64,000 nt of DNA from Eledone cirrhosa (lineage: Eukaryota). The stretch's first letter is position 1. Each line of letters opens with the position of its first letter. The translations under genes were made by a program, and so were the position numbers. The notes beneath the pieces are model-generated. The model worked only from the letters and a program-made list of their open reading frames with translations, was not told the origin of the DNA and did not search any database. This document shows positions 12,201 through 25,199 of the stretch, in pieces. The stretch lies in assembly GCA_964016885.1 (NCBI GenBank), contig CAXHJY010001551.1, positions 124,001 through 188,000 on the forward strand, given 5' to 3'.

Positions 12201-14899
12201 AAGCTAAGCTATCCTAAGCTAAGCTAAGCTATCCTAAGCTATCCTAAGCTAAGCTATCCTAAGCTAAGCTAAGCTAAGCTATCCTAAGCTAAGCTAAGCT
12301 AAGCTATCCTAAGCTAAGCTAAGCTAAGCTATCCTAAGCTAAGCTATCCTAAGCTAACCTAAGCTAAGCTAAGCTATCCTAAGCTAAGCTAAGCTATCCT
12401 AAGCTAAGCTAAGCTAAGCTATCCTAAGCTAAGCTAAGCTAAGCTATCCTAAGCTCTCCTAAGCTAAGCTATCCTAAGCTAAGCTAAGCTAAGCTATCCT
12501 AAGCTAAGCTAAGCTATCCTAAGCTAAGCTAAGCTAAGCTATCCTAAGCTAAGCTATCCTAAGCTATCCTAAGCTAAGCTAAGCTAAGCTATCCTAAGCT
12601 AAGCTATCCTAAGCTATCCTAAGCTAAGCTAAGCTAAGATAAGCTATCCTAAGCTAAGCTATCCTAAGCTAAGCTATCCTAAGCTATCCTAAGCTAAGCT
12701 ATCCTAAGCTATCCTAAGCTAAGCTATCCTAAGCTATCCTAAGCTATCCTAAGCTAAGCTAAGCTAAGCTATCCTAAGCTAAGCTAAGCTAAGCTATCCT
12801 AAGCTAAGCTAAGCTAAGCTATCCTAAGCTATCCTAAGCTAAGCTAAGCTAAGCTATCCTAAGCTAAGCTATCCTAAGCTATCCTAAGCTAAGCTATCCT
12901 AAGCTAAGCTATCCTAAGCTAAGCTATCCTAAGCTATCCTAAGCTAAGCTATCCTAAGCTATCCTAAGCTAAGCTAAGCTATCCTAAGCTAAGCTAAGCT
13001 AAGCTATCCTAAGCTAAGCTAAGCTAAGCTTTCCTAAGCTATCCTAAGCTAAGCTATCCTAAGCTAAGCTATCCTAAGCTATCCTAAGCTAAGCTAAGCT
13101 AAGCTATCCTAAGCTAAGCTATCCTAAGCTAAGCTAAGCTAAGCTATCCTAAGCTAAGCTATCCTGTGCTAAGCTAAGCTAAGCTATCCTAAGCTAAGCT
13201 AAGCTAAGCTATCCTAAGCTAAGCTATCCTAAGCTAAGCTAAGCTAAGCTATCCTAAGCTAAGCTAAGCTATCCTAAGCTAAGCTAAGCTATCCTAAGCT
13301 AAGCTAAGCTAAGCTTTCCTAAACTAAGCTAAGCTATCCTAAGCTAAGCTAAGCGAAGCTATCCTAAGCTAATCTAAGCTAAGCTATCCTAAGCTAAGCT
13401 AAGCTAAGCTATCCTAAGCCAAGCTAAGCTAAGCTATCCTAAGCCAAGCTAAGCTAAGCTATCCTAAGCCAAGCTAAGCGAAGCTATCCTAAGCTAAGCT
13501 AAGCTAAGCTTTCCTAAGCTTAGCTAAGCTAAGCTATCCTAAGCTAAGCTAAGCTAAGCTATCCTAAGCTAAGCTAAGCTAAGCTATCCTAGGCTAAGCT
13601 AAGCTAAGCTATCCTAAGCTAAGCTATCCTAAGCTAAGCTAAGCTAAGCTATCCTAAGCTAAGCTAAGCTAAGCTATCCTATGCTAAGCTAAGCTAAGCT
13701 ATCCTAAGCTAAGCTAAGCTAAGCTATCCTAAGCTAAGCTAAGCTAAGCTATCCTAAGCTAAGCTAAGCTATCCTAAGCTAAGCTATCCTAAGCTAAGCT
13801 AAGCTAAGCTATCCTAAGCTAAGCTAAGCTAAGCTTTCCTAAGCTATCCTAAGCTAAGCTATCCTAAGCTAAGCTAAGCTAAGCTATCCTAAGCTAAGCT
13901 AAGCTATCCTAAGCTAAGCTAAGCTAAGCTATCCTAAGCTAAGCTATCCTAAGCTATCCTAAGCTAAGCTATCCTAAGCTATCCTAAGCTAAGCTATCCT
14001 AAGCTAAGCTATCCTAAGCTAAGCTATTCTAAGCTAAGCTAAGCTAAGCTATCCTAAGCTAAGCTTAGCTAAGCTATCCTAAGCTAAGCTAAGCTAAGCT
14101 ATCCTAAGCTAAGCTAAGCTAAGCTTTCCTAAGCTTAGCTAAGCTATCGGAAGCTATGCTAAGCTAATCTATCCTAAGCTAAGCTAAGCTAAGCTATCCT
14201 AAGCTATCCTAAGCTAAGCTATCCTAAGCTAATCTATCCTAAGCTATGCCAAGCTAAGCTATCCTAAGCTAAGCTAAGCTAAGCTATCCTAAGCTAAGCT
14301 AAGCTAAGCTATCCTAAGCTAAGCTAAGCTAAGCTATCCTAAGCTAAGCTAAGCTAAGCTATCCTAAGCTATCCTAAGCTAAGCAATCCTAAGCTAAGCT
14401 AAGCTGAGCTATCCTAAGCTAAGCTAAGCTATCCGAAGCTAAGCTAAGCTAAGCTATCCTAAGCTAAGCTATCCTAAGCTATCCTAAGCTAAGCTATCCT
14501 AAGCTAAGCTATACTAAGCTATCCTAAGCTAAGCTATCCTAAGCTAAGCTAAGCTAAGCTATCCTAAGCTAAGCTAAGCTAAGCTATCATAAGCTAAGCT
14601 AAGCTATCCTAAGCTAAGCTAAGCTAAGCTATCCTAAGCTAAGCTAAGCTAAGTTATCCTAAGCTAAGCTAAGCTAAGCTATCCTAAGCTATCCTAAGCT
14701 AAGCTATCCTAAGCTAAGCTATCCTAAGGTAAGCTATCCTAAGCTATCCTAAGCTAAGCTATCCTAAGCTATCCTAAGCTAAGCTAAGCTAAGCTATCCT
14801 AAGCTAAGCTAAGCTAAGCTATCCTAAGCTATCCTAAGCTAAGCTATCCTAAGCTATCCTAAGCTAAGCTATCCTAAGCTATCCTAAGCTAAGCTAAGC

Positions 14900-17800
14900 T
14901 AAGCTATCCTAAGCTAAGCTAAGCTAAGCTATCCTAAGCTAAGCTAAGCTATCCAAAGCTATCCTAAGCTAAGCTATCCTAAGCTATCCTAAGCTAAGCT
15001 ATCCTAAGCTATCCTAAGCTAAGCTATCCTAAGCTATCCTAAGCTAAGCTAAGCTAAGCTATCCTAAGCTAAGCTAAGCTAAGCTATCCTAAGCTAAGCT
15101 AAGCTATCCAAAGCTATCCTAAGCTAAGCTATCCTAAGCTATCCTAAGCTAAGCTATCCTAAGCTATCCTAAGCTAAGCTATCCTAAGCTAAGCTATCCT
15201 AAGCTATCCTAAGCTAAGCTATCCTAAGCTATCCTAAGCTAAGCTAAGCTAAGCTATCCTAAGCTAAGCTAAGCTAAGCTATCCTAAGCTAAGCTATCCT
15301 AAGCTAAGCTAAGCTAAGCTATCCTAAGCTATACTATGCTAAGCTATCCTAAGCTAAGCTATCCTAAGCTATCCTAAGCTAAGCTATCCTAAGCTATCCT
15401 AAGCTAAGCTATCCTAAGCTATCCTAAGCTAAGCTAAGCTAAGCTATCCTAAGCTAAGCTAAGCTAAGCTATCCTAAGCTAAGCTAAGCTATCCTAAGCT
15501 AAACTAAGCTAAGCTATCCTAAGCTAAGCTAAGCTAAGTTATCCTAAGCTAAGCTAAGCTAAGCTATCCTAAGCTAAGCTAAGCTATCCTAAGCTAAGCT
15601 AAGCTAAGCTATCCTAAGCTAAGCTAAGCTAAGCTAAGCTAAGCTATCCTAAGCTAAGCTAAGCTAAGCTATCCTAAGCTAAGCTAAGCTAAGCTAAGCT
15701 ATCCTAAGCTAAGCTAAGCTATCCTAAGCTAAGCTAAGCTAAGCTATCCTAAGCTAAGCTAAGCTAAGCTATCCTAAGCTAAGCTAAGCTAAGCTATCCT
15801 AAGCTATCCTAAGCTAAGCTAAGCTAAGCTATCCTAAGCTAAGCTAAGCTAAGCTATCCTAAGCTATCCTAAGCTAAGCTATCCTAAGCTAAGCTATCCT
15901 AAGCTATCCTAAGCTAAGCTATCCTAAGCTAAGCTAAGCTAAGCTACCTAAGCTAAGCTATCCTAAGCTAAGCTATCCTAAGCTATCATAAGCTAAGCTA
16001 TCCTAAGCTATCCTAAGCTAAGCTATCCTAAGCTATCCTAAGCTAAGCTATCCTAAGCTATCCTAAGCTAAGCTAAGCTAAGCTATCCTAAGCTAAGCTA
16101 AGCTAAGCTAAGCTATCCTAAGCTAAGCTAAGCTAAGCTATCCTAAGCTAAGCTAAGCTAAGCTATCCTAAGCTATCCTAAGCTAAGCTATCCTAAGCTA
16201 AGCTATCCTAAGCTATCCTAAGCTAAGCTATCCTAAGCTATCCTAAGCTAAGCTATCCTAAGCTAAGCTATCCTAAGCTAAGCTATCCTAAGCTATCCTA
16301 AGCTAAGCTATCCTAAGCTATCCTAAGCTAAGCTAAGCTAAGCTATCCTAAGCTAAGCTAAGCTAAGCTATCCTAAGCTAAGCTAAGCTAAGCTTTCCTA
16401 AGCTATCCTAAGCTAAGCTATCCTAAGCTAAGCTATCCTAAGCTATCCTAAGCTAAGCTATCCTAAGCTATCCTAAGCTAAGCTATCCTAAGCTATCCTA
16501 AGCTAAGCTATCCTAACATAAGCTATCCTAAGCTATCCTAAGCTAAGCTATCCTAAGCTATCCTAAGCTAAGCTATCCTAAGCTATCCTAAGCTAAGCTA
16601 AGCTAAGCTAAGCTAAGCTATCCTAAGCTAAGCTAAGCTATCCTAAGCTATCCTAAGCTAAGCTATCCTAAGCTAAGCTAAGCTAAGCTATCCTAAGCTA
16701 TCCTAAGCTAAGCTATCCTAAGCTATCCTAAGCTAAGCTATCCTAAGCTATCCTAAGCTAAGCTATCCTAAGCTATCCTAAGCTAAGCTAAGCTAAGCTA
16801 TCCTAAGCTAAGCTAAGCTAAGCTATCCTAAGCTAAGCTAAGCTATCCAAAGCTATCCTAAGCTAAGCTATCCTAAGCTATCCTAAGCTAAGCTATCCTA
16901 AGCTATCCTAAGCTAAGCTATCCTAAGCTAAGCTATCCTAAGCTATCCTAAGCTAAGCTATCCTAAGCTATCCTAAGCTAAGCTAAGCTAAGCTATCCTA
17001 AGCTAAGCTAAGCTAAGCTATCCTAAGCTAAGCTATCCTAAGCTAAGCTAAGCTAAGCTATCCTAAGCTATACTATGCTAAGCTATCCTAAGCTAAGCTA
17101 TCCTAAGCTATCCTAAGCTAAGCTATCCTAAGCTATCCTAAGCTAAGCTATCCTAAGCTATCCTAAGCTAAGCTAAGCTAAGCTATCCTAAGCTAAGCTA
17201 AGCTAAGCTATCCTAAGCTAAGCTAAGCTATCCTAAGCTAAACTAAGCTAAGCTATCCTAAGCTAAGCTAAGCTAAGTTATCCTAAGCTAAGCTAAGCTA
17301 AGCTATCCTAAGCTAAGCTAAGCTATCCTAAGCTAAGCTAAGCTAAGCTATCCTAAGCTAAGCTAAGCTAAGCTAAGCTAAGCTATCCTAAGCTAAGCTA
17401 AGCTAAGCTATCCTAAGCTAAGCTAAGCTAAGCTAAGCTATCCTAAGCTAAGCTAAGCTATCCTAAGCTAAGCTAAGCTAAGCTATCCTAAGCTAAGCTA
17501 AGCTAAGCTATCCTAAGCTAAGCTAAGCTAAGCTATCCTAAGCTATCCTAAGCTAAGCTAAGCTAAGCTATCCTAAGCTAAGCTAAGCTAAGCTATCCTA
17601 AGCTATCCTAAGCTAAGCTATCCTAAGCTAAGCTATCCTAAGCTATCCTAAGCTAAGCTATCCTAAGCTAAGCTAAGCTAAGCTATCCTAAGCTAAGCTA
17701 TCCTAAGCTAAGCTATCCTAAGCTATCATAAGCTAAGCTATCCTAAGCTATCCTAAGCTAAGCTATCCTAAGCTATCCTAAGCTAAGCTATCCTAAGCTA

Positions 17801-18380
17801 TCCTAAGCTAAGCTAAGCTAAGCTATCCTAAGCTAAGCTAAGCTAAGCTAAGCTATCCTAAGCTAAGCTAAGCTAAGCTATCCTAAGCTAAGCTAAGCTA
17901 AGCTATCCTAAGCTATCCTAAGCTAAGCTATCCTAAGCTAAGCTATCCTAAGCTATCCTAAGCTAAGCTATCCTAAGCTATCCTAAGCTAAGCTATCCTA
18001 AGCTAAGCTATCCTAAGCTAAGCTATCCTAAGCTATCCTAAGCTAAGCTATCCTAAGCTATCCTAAGCTAAGCTAAGCTAAGCTATCCTAAGCTAAGCTA
18101 AGCTAAGCTATCCTAAGCTAAGCTAAGCTAAGCTTTCCTAAGCTATCCTAAGCTAAGCTATCCTAAGCTAAGCTATCCTAAGCTATCCTAAGCTAAGCTA
18201 TCCTAAGCTATCCTAAGCTAAGCTATCCTAAGCTATCCTAAGCTAAGCTATCCTAACATAAGCTATCCTAAGCTATCCTAAGCTAAGCTATCCTAAGCTA
18301 TCCTAAGCTAAGCTATCCTAAGCTATCCTAAGCTAAGCTAAGCTAAGCTATCCTAAACTAAGCTAAGCTATCCTAAGCTA
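14900..18380 (+). repeat. Tandem duplication, unit 1740 bp (repeated at ~35280-38760)
   Basis: TACTATGC at 15332/17071 and 35710/37450; TAACATA at 16517/18257 and 36896/38636. Confidence 0.92.
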
Positions 18381-18639
18381 AGCTAAGCTAAGCTATCCTA
18401 AGCTAAGCTAAGCTAAGCTATCCTAAGCTAAGCTAAGCTAAGCTATCCTAAGCTAAGCTAAGCTAAGCTATCCTAAGCCAAGCTAAGCTAAGCTATCCTA
18501 AGCCAAGCTAAGCTAAGCTATCCTAAGCTAAGCTAAGCTAAGCTATCCTAAGCTAAGCTAAGCTAAGCTATCCTAAGCTAAGCTAAGCTAAGCTATCCTA
18601 AGCTAAGCTAAGCTAAGCTAAGCTATCCTAAGCTAAGCT

Positions 18640-21600
18640 AAGCTAAGCTATCCTAAGCTAAGCTAAGCTAAGCTATCCTAAGCTAAGCTAAGCTAAGCTA
18701 TCCTAAGCTAAGCTAAGCTAAGCTATCCTAAGCTAAGCTAAGCTAAGCTATCCTAAGCTAAGCTATCCTAAGCTAAGCTAAGCTAAGCTATCCTAAGCTA
18801 AGCTAAGCTAAGCTATCCTAAGCTAAGCTAAGCTATCCTAAGCTAAGCTAAGCTAAGCTATCCTAAGCTAAGCTAAGCTAAGCTATCCTAAGCTAAGCTA
18901 AGCTAAGCTATCCTAAGCTAAGCTAAGCTAAGCTATCCTAAGCTAAGCTAAGCTAAACTATCCTAAGCTAAGCTAAGCTATCCTAAGCTAAGCTAAGCTA
19001 AGCTATCCTAAGCTAAGCTAAGCTAAGCTAAGCTTTCCTAAGCTATCCTAAGCTAAGCTATCCTAAGCTAAGCTAAGCTAAGCTATCCTAAGCTAAGCTA
19101 AGCTATCCTAAGCTAAGCTAAGCTATCCTAAGCTAAGCTATCCTAAGCTATCCTAAGCTAAGCTATCCTAAGCTATCCTAAGCTAAGCTATCCTAAGCTA
19201 AGCTATCCTAAGCTAAGCTATTCTAAGCTAAGCTAAGCTAAGCTATCCTAAGCTAAGCTAAGCTAAGCTATCCTAAGCTAAGCTAAGCTAAGCTATCCTA
19301 AGCTAAGCTAAGCTAAGCTATCCTAAGCTAAGCTAAGCTAAGCTATCCTAAGCTAAGCTAAGCTAAGCTATCCTAAGCTAAGCTAAGCTATCCTAAGCTA
19401 AGCTAAGCTAAGCTATCCTAAGCTAAGCTAAGCTAAGCTATCCTAAGCTATCCTAAGCTAAGCTATCCTAAGCTAAGCTATCCTAAGCTATCCCAAGCTA
19501 AGCTATCCTAAGCTAAGCTAAGCTAAGCTATCCTAAGCTAACCTATCCTAAGCTAAGCTATCCTAAGCTATCCTAAGCTAAGCTATCCTAATCTATCCTA
19601 AGCTAAGCTATCCTAAGCTATCCTAAGCTAAGCTATCCTAAGCTATCCTAAGCTAAGCTAAGCTAAGCTATCCTAAGCTATCCTAAGCTAAGCTATCCTA
19701 AGCTAAGCTATCCTAAGCTAAGCTATCCTAAGCTATCCTAAGCTAAGCTATCCTAAGCTATCCTAAGCTAAGCTATCCTAAGCTATCCTAAGCTAAGCTA
19801 AGCTAAGCTATCCTAAGCTAAGCTAAGCTAAGCTCTCCTAAGCTAAGCTAAGCTAAGCTATCCTAAGCTAAGCTAAGCTTTCCTAAGCTAAGCTAAGCTA
19901 AGCTATCCTAAGCTAAGCTAATCTATCCTAAGCTAAGCTAAGCTAAGCTATCCTAAGCTAAGCTAAGCTAAGCTATCCTAAGCTAAGCTAAGCTAAGCTA
20001 TCCTAAGCTAAGCTAAGCTAAGCTATCCTAAGCTAAGCTAAGCTAAGCTATCCTAAGCTAAGCTAAGCTAAGCTATCCTAAGCTAAGCTAAGCTAAGCTA
20101 TGCTAAGCTAAGCTAAGCTATCCTAAGCTAAGCTAAGCTAAGCTATCCTAAGCTAAGCTAAGCTAAGCTATCCTAAGCTAAGCTAAGCTAAGCTATCCTA
20201 AGCTATCCTAAGCTATCCTAAGCTAAGCTAAGCTATCCTAAGCTAAGCTAAGCTAAGCTATCCTAAGCTAAGCCAAGCTAAGCTATCCTAAGCTAAGCTA
20301 AGCTATCCTAAGCTAAGCTAAGCTAAGCTATCCTAAGCTAAGCTAAGCTAAGCTATCCTAAGCTATCCTAAGCTAAGCTATCCTAAGCTAAGCTAAGCTA
20401 AGCTATCCTAAGCTAAGCTAAGCTAAGCTATCCTAAGCTAAGCTAAGCTAAGCTATCCTAAGCTAAGCTAAGCTAAGCTATCCTAAGCTAAGCTATCCTA
20501 AGCTATCCTAAGCTAAGCTAAGCTAAGCTAACCTAAGCTAAGCTATCCTAAGCTAAGCTATCCTAAGCTAAGCTATCCTAAGCTAAGCTAAGCTATCCTA
20601 AGCTAAGCTAAGCTAAGCTATCCTAAGCTAAGCTAAGCTATCCTAAGCTAAGCTAAGCTAAGCTGTCCTAAGCTAAGCTAAGCTAAGCTATCCTAAGCTA
20701 AGCTAAGCTAAGCTATCCTAAGCTAAGCTAAGCTATCCTAAGCTAAGCTAAGCTAAGCTATCCTAAGCTAAGCTAAGCTAAGCTATCCTAAGCTATCCTA
20801 AGCTATCCTAAGCTAAGCTATCCTAAGCTATCCTAAGCTAAGCTATCCTAAGCTATCCTAAGCTAAGCTAAGCTAAGCTATCCTAAGCTAAGCTAAGCTA
20901 AGCTATCCTAAGCTAAGCTAATCTAAGCTATCCTAAGCTAAGCTAAGCTAAGCTATCCTAAGCTATCCTAAGCTAAGCTATCCTAAGCTAAGCTATCCTA
21001 AGCTATCCTAAGCTAAGCTATCCTAAGCTATCCTAAGCTAAGCTATCCTAAGCTAAGCTATCCTAAGCTATCCTAAGCTAAGCTATCCTAAGCTATCCTA
21101 AGCTAAGCTATCCTAAGCTTAGCTAAGCTAAGCTAAGCTAACCTGAGCTAAGCTATCCTAAGCTAAGCTAAGCTAAGCTATCCTAAGCTAAGCTAAGCTA
21201 TCCTAAGCTAAGCTAAGCTAAGCTATCCTAAGCTAAGCTAAGCTAAGCTATCCTAAGCTAAGCTAAGCTAAGCTATCCTAAGCTAAGCTAAGCTAAGCTA
21301 TCCTAAGCTAAGCTATCCTAAGCTAAGCTAAGCTAAGCTATCCTAAGCTAAGCTAAGCTAAGCTATCCTAAGCTAAGCTAAGCTATCCTAAGCTAAGCTA
21401 AGCTAAGCTATCCTAAGCTAAGCTAAGCTAAGCTATCCTAAGCTAAGCTAAGCTAAGCTATCCTAAGCTAAGCTAAGCTAAGCTATCCTAAGCTAAGCTA
21501 AGCTAAACTATCCTAAGCTAAGCTAAGCTATCCTAAGCTAAGCTAAGCTAAGCTATCCTAAGCTAAGCTAAGCTAAGCTAAGCTTTCCTAAGCTATCCTA

Positions 21601-23530
21601 AGCTAAGCTATCCTAAGCTAAGCTAAGCTAAGCTATCCTAAGCTAAGCTAAGCTATCCTAAGCTAAGCTAAGCTATCCTAAGCTAAGCTATCCTAAGCTA
21701 TCCTAAGCTAAGCTATCCTAAGCTATCCTAAGCTAAGCTATCCTAAGCTAAGCTATCCTAAGCTAAGCTATTCTAAGCTAAGCTAAGCTAAGCTATCCTA
21801 AGCTAAGCTAAGCTAAGCTATCCTAAGCTAAGCTAAGCTAAGCTATCCTAAGCTAAGCTAAGCTAAGCTATCCTAAGCTAAGCTAAGCTAAGCTATCCTA
21901 AGCTAAGCTAAGCTAAGCTATCCTAAGCTAAGCTAAGCTATCCTAAGCTAAGCTAAGCTAAGCTATCCTAAGCTAAGCTAAGCTAAGCTATCCTAAGCTA
22001 TCCTAAGCTAAGCTATCCTAAGCTAAGCTATCCTAAGCTATCCCAAGCTAAGCTATCCTAAGCTAAGCTAAGCTAAGCTATCCTAAGCTAACCTATCCTA
22101 AGCTAAGCTATCCTAAGCTATCCTAAGCTAAGCTATCCTAATCTATCCTAAGCTAAGCTATCCTAAGCTATCCTAAGCTAAGCTATCCTAAGCTATCCTA
22201 AGCTAAGCTAAGCTAAGCTATCCTAAGCTATCCTAAGCTAAGCTATCCTAAGCTAAGCTATCCTAAGCTAAGCTATCCTAAGCTATCCTAAGCTAAGCTA
22301 TCCTAAGCTATCCTAAGCTAAGCTATCCTAAGCTATCCTAAGCTAAGCTAAGCTAAGCTATCCTAAGCTAAGCTAAGCTAAGCTCTCCTAAGCTAAGCTA
22401 AGCTAAGCTATCCTAAGCTAAGCTAAGCTTTCCTAAGCTAAGCTAAGCTAAGCTATCCTAAGCTAAGCTAATCTATCCTAAGCTAAGCTAAGCTAAGCTA
22501 TCCTAAGCTAAGCTAAGCTAAGCTATCCTAAGCTAAGCTAAGCTAAGCTATCCTAAGCTAAGCTAAGCTAAGCTATCCTAAGCTAAGCTAAGCTAAGCTA
22601 TCCTAAGCTAAGCTAAGCTAAGCTATCCTAAGCTAAGCTAAGCTAAGCTATGCTAAGCTAAGCTAAGCTATCCTAAGCTAAGCTAAGCTAAGCTATCCTA
22701 AGCTAAGCTAAGCTAAGCTATCCTAAGCTAAGCTAAGCTAAGCTATCCTAAGCTATCCTAAGCTATCCTAAGCTAAGCTAAGCTAAGCTATCCTAAGCTA
22801 AGCTAAGCTAAGCTATCCTAAGCTAAGCCAAGCTAAGCTATCCTAAGCTAAGCTAAGCTATCCTAAGCTAAGCTAAGCTAAGCTATCCTAAGCTAAGCTA
22901 AGCTAAGCTATCCTAAGCTATCCTAAGCTAAGCTATCCTAAGCTAAGCTAAGCTAAGCTATCCTAAGCTAAGCTAAGCTAAGCTATCCTAAGCTAAGCTA
23001 AGCTAAGCTATCCTAAGCTAAGCTAAGCTAAGCTATCCTAAGCTAAGCTATCCTAAGCTATCCTAAGCTAAGCTAAGCTAAGCTAACCTAAGCTAAGCTA
23101 TCCTAAGCTAAGCTATCCTAAGCTAAGCTATCCTAAGCTAAGCTAAGCTAAGCTATCCTAAGCTAAGCTAAGCTAAGCTATCCTAAGCTAAGCTAAGCTA
23201 TCCTAAGCTAAGCTAAGCTAAGCTGTCCTAAGCTAAGCTAAGCTAAGCTATCCTAAGCTAAGCTAAGCTAAGCTATCCTAAGCTAAGCTAAGCTATCCTA
23301 AGCTAAGCTAAGCTAAGCTATCCTAAGCTAAGCTAAGCTAAGCTATCCTAAGCTAAGCTAAGCTAAGCTATCCTAAGCTATCCTAAGCTATCCTAAGCTA
23401 AGCTATCCTAAGCTATCCTAAGCTAAGCTATCCTAAGCTATCCTAAGCTAAGCTAAGCTAAGCTATCCTAAGCTAAGCTAAGCTAAGCTATCCTAAGCTA
23501 AGCTAATCTAAGCTATCCTAAGCTAAGCTA
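18640..23530 (+). repeat. Tandem duplication, unit ~2.55 kb
   Basis: AAACTAT 18957/21507, TTCTAA 19221/21771, TCCCAA 19491/22041, ATCTAT 19591/22141, CTGTCC ~20663/~23223. Confidence 0.9.
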
Positions 23531-25199
23531 AGCTAAGCTATCCTAAGCTAAGCTAAGCTAACCTATCCTAAGCTAAGCTAAGCTATCCTAAGCTAAGTTA
23601 AGCTATCCTAAGCTAAGCTAAGCTATCCTAAGCTAAGCTAAGCTAAGCTATCCTAAGCTAAGCTAAGCTATCCTAAGCTAAGCTAAGCTAAGCTATCCTA
23701 AGCTAAGCTAAGCTAAGCTATCCTAAGCTAAGCTAAGCTATCCTAAGCTAAGCTATCCTAAGCTAAGCTAAGCTAAGCTATCCTAAGCTAAGCTAAACTA
23801 AGCTATCCTAAGCTAAGCTAAGGTATCCTAAGCTAAGCTAAGCTAAGCTATCCGAAGCTAAGCTATCCTAAGCTAAGCTAAGCTATCCTAAGCTAAGCTA
23901 AGCTATCCTAAGCTAAGCTAAGCTATCCTAAGCTAAGCTAAGCTATCCTAAGCTAAGCTAAGCTATCCTAAGCTAAGCTAAGCTAAGCTATCCTAAGCTA
24001 AGCTAAGGTATCCTCAGCTAAGCTAAGCTAAGCTATCCTAAGCTAAGCTAAGCTAAGCTATCCTAAGCTAAGCTAAGCTATCCTAAGCTAAGCTAAGCTA
24101 TCCTAAGCTAAGCTAAGCTAAGCTATCCTAAGCTAAGCTAAGTTAAGCTATCCTAAGCTAAGCTAAGCTAAGCTATCCTAAGCTAAGCTAAGCTAAGCTA
24201 TCCTAAGCTACGCTAAGCTAAGCTATCCTAAGCTAAGCTAAGCTAAGCTATCCTAAGCTAAGCTAAGCTAAGCTATCCTAAGCTAAGCTAAGCTAAGCTA
24301 TCCTAAGCTAAGCTAAGCTAAGCTCTCCTAAGCTAAGCTAAGCTATCCTAAGCTAAGCTAAGCTAAGCTATCCTAAGCTAAGCTAAGCTAAGCTAAGCTA
24401 TCCTAAGCTAAGCTAAGCTAAGCTATCCTAAGCTAAGCTAAGCTAAGCTATCCTAAGCTAAGCTAAGCTAAGCTATCCTAAGCTAAGCTAAGCTAAGCTA
24501 TCCTAAGCTAAGCTAAGCTATCCTAAGCTAAGCTAAGCTATCCTAAGCTATGCTAAGCTATCCTAAGCTAAGCTAAGCTAAGCTATCCTAAGCTTTCCTA
24601 AGCTAAGCTATCCTAAGCTAAGCTAAGCTAAGCTATCCTAAGCTAAGCTAAGCTATCCTAAGCTAAGCTAAGCTAAGCTACCTAAGCTAAGCTATCCTAA
24701 GCTATCCTAAGCTAAGCTATCCTAAGCTATCCTAAGCTAAGCTATCCTAAGCTAAGCTATCCTAAGCTAAGCTATCCTAAGCTAAGCTAAGCTAAGCTAT
24801 CCTAAGCTAAGCTAAGCTATCCTAAGCTAAGCTAAGCTAAGCTATCCTAAGCTAAGCTAAGCTATCCTAAGCTATCCTAAGCTATCCTAAGCTAAGCTAA
24901 GCTAAGCTATCCTAAGCTATCCTAAGCTAAGCTAAGCTAAGCTAAGCTAACCTAAGCTAAGCTATCCTAAGCTAAGCTATCCTAAGCTAAGCTATCCTAA
25001 GCTAAGCTAAGCTAAGCTATCCTAAGCTAAGCTAAGCTATCCTAAGCTAAGCTAAGCTAAGCTATCCTAAGCTAAGCTAAGCTAAGCTATCCTAAGCTAA
25101 GCTAAGCTAAGCTATCCTAAGCTAAGCTATCCTAAGCTATCCTAAGCTAAGCTATCCTAAGCTATCCTAAGCTAAGCTATCCTAAGCTATCCTAAGCTA

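Larger units (their letters stand above)
8930..21190 (+). repeat. Copy 1 of ~12.2 kb segmental duplication (block Y; partner ~29330-41560, offset ~20.4 kb)
   Basis: Paired markers: CCGAAG 9533/29931, CCTGTG 13166/33589, ATCGG 14149/34572, TAACATA 16517/36896, AAACTAT 18957/39331, GCTTAG 21117/41491. Offsets are 20374-20423. Confidence 0.92.
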
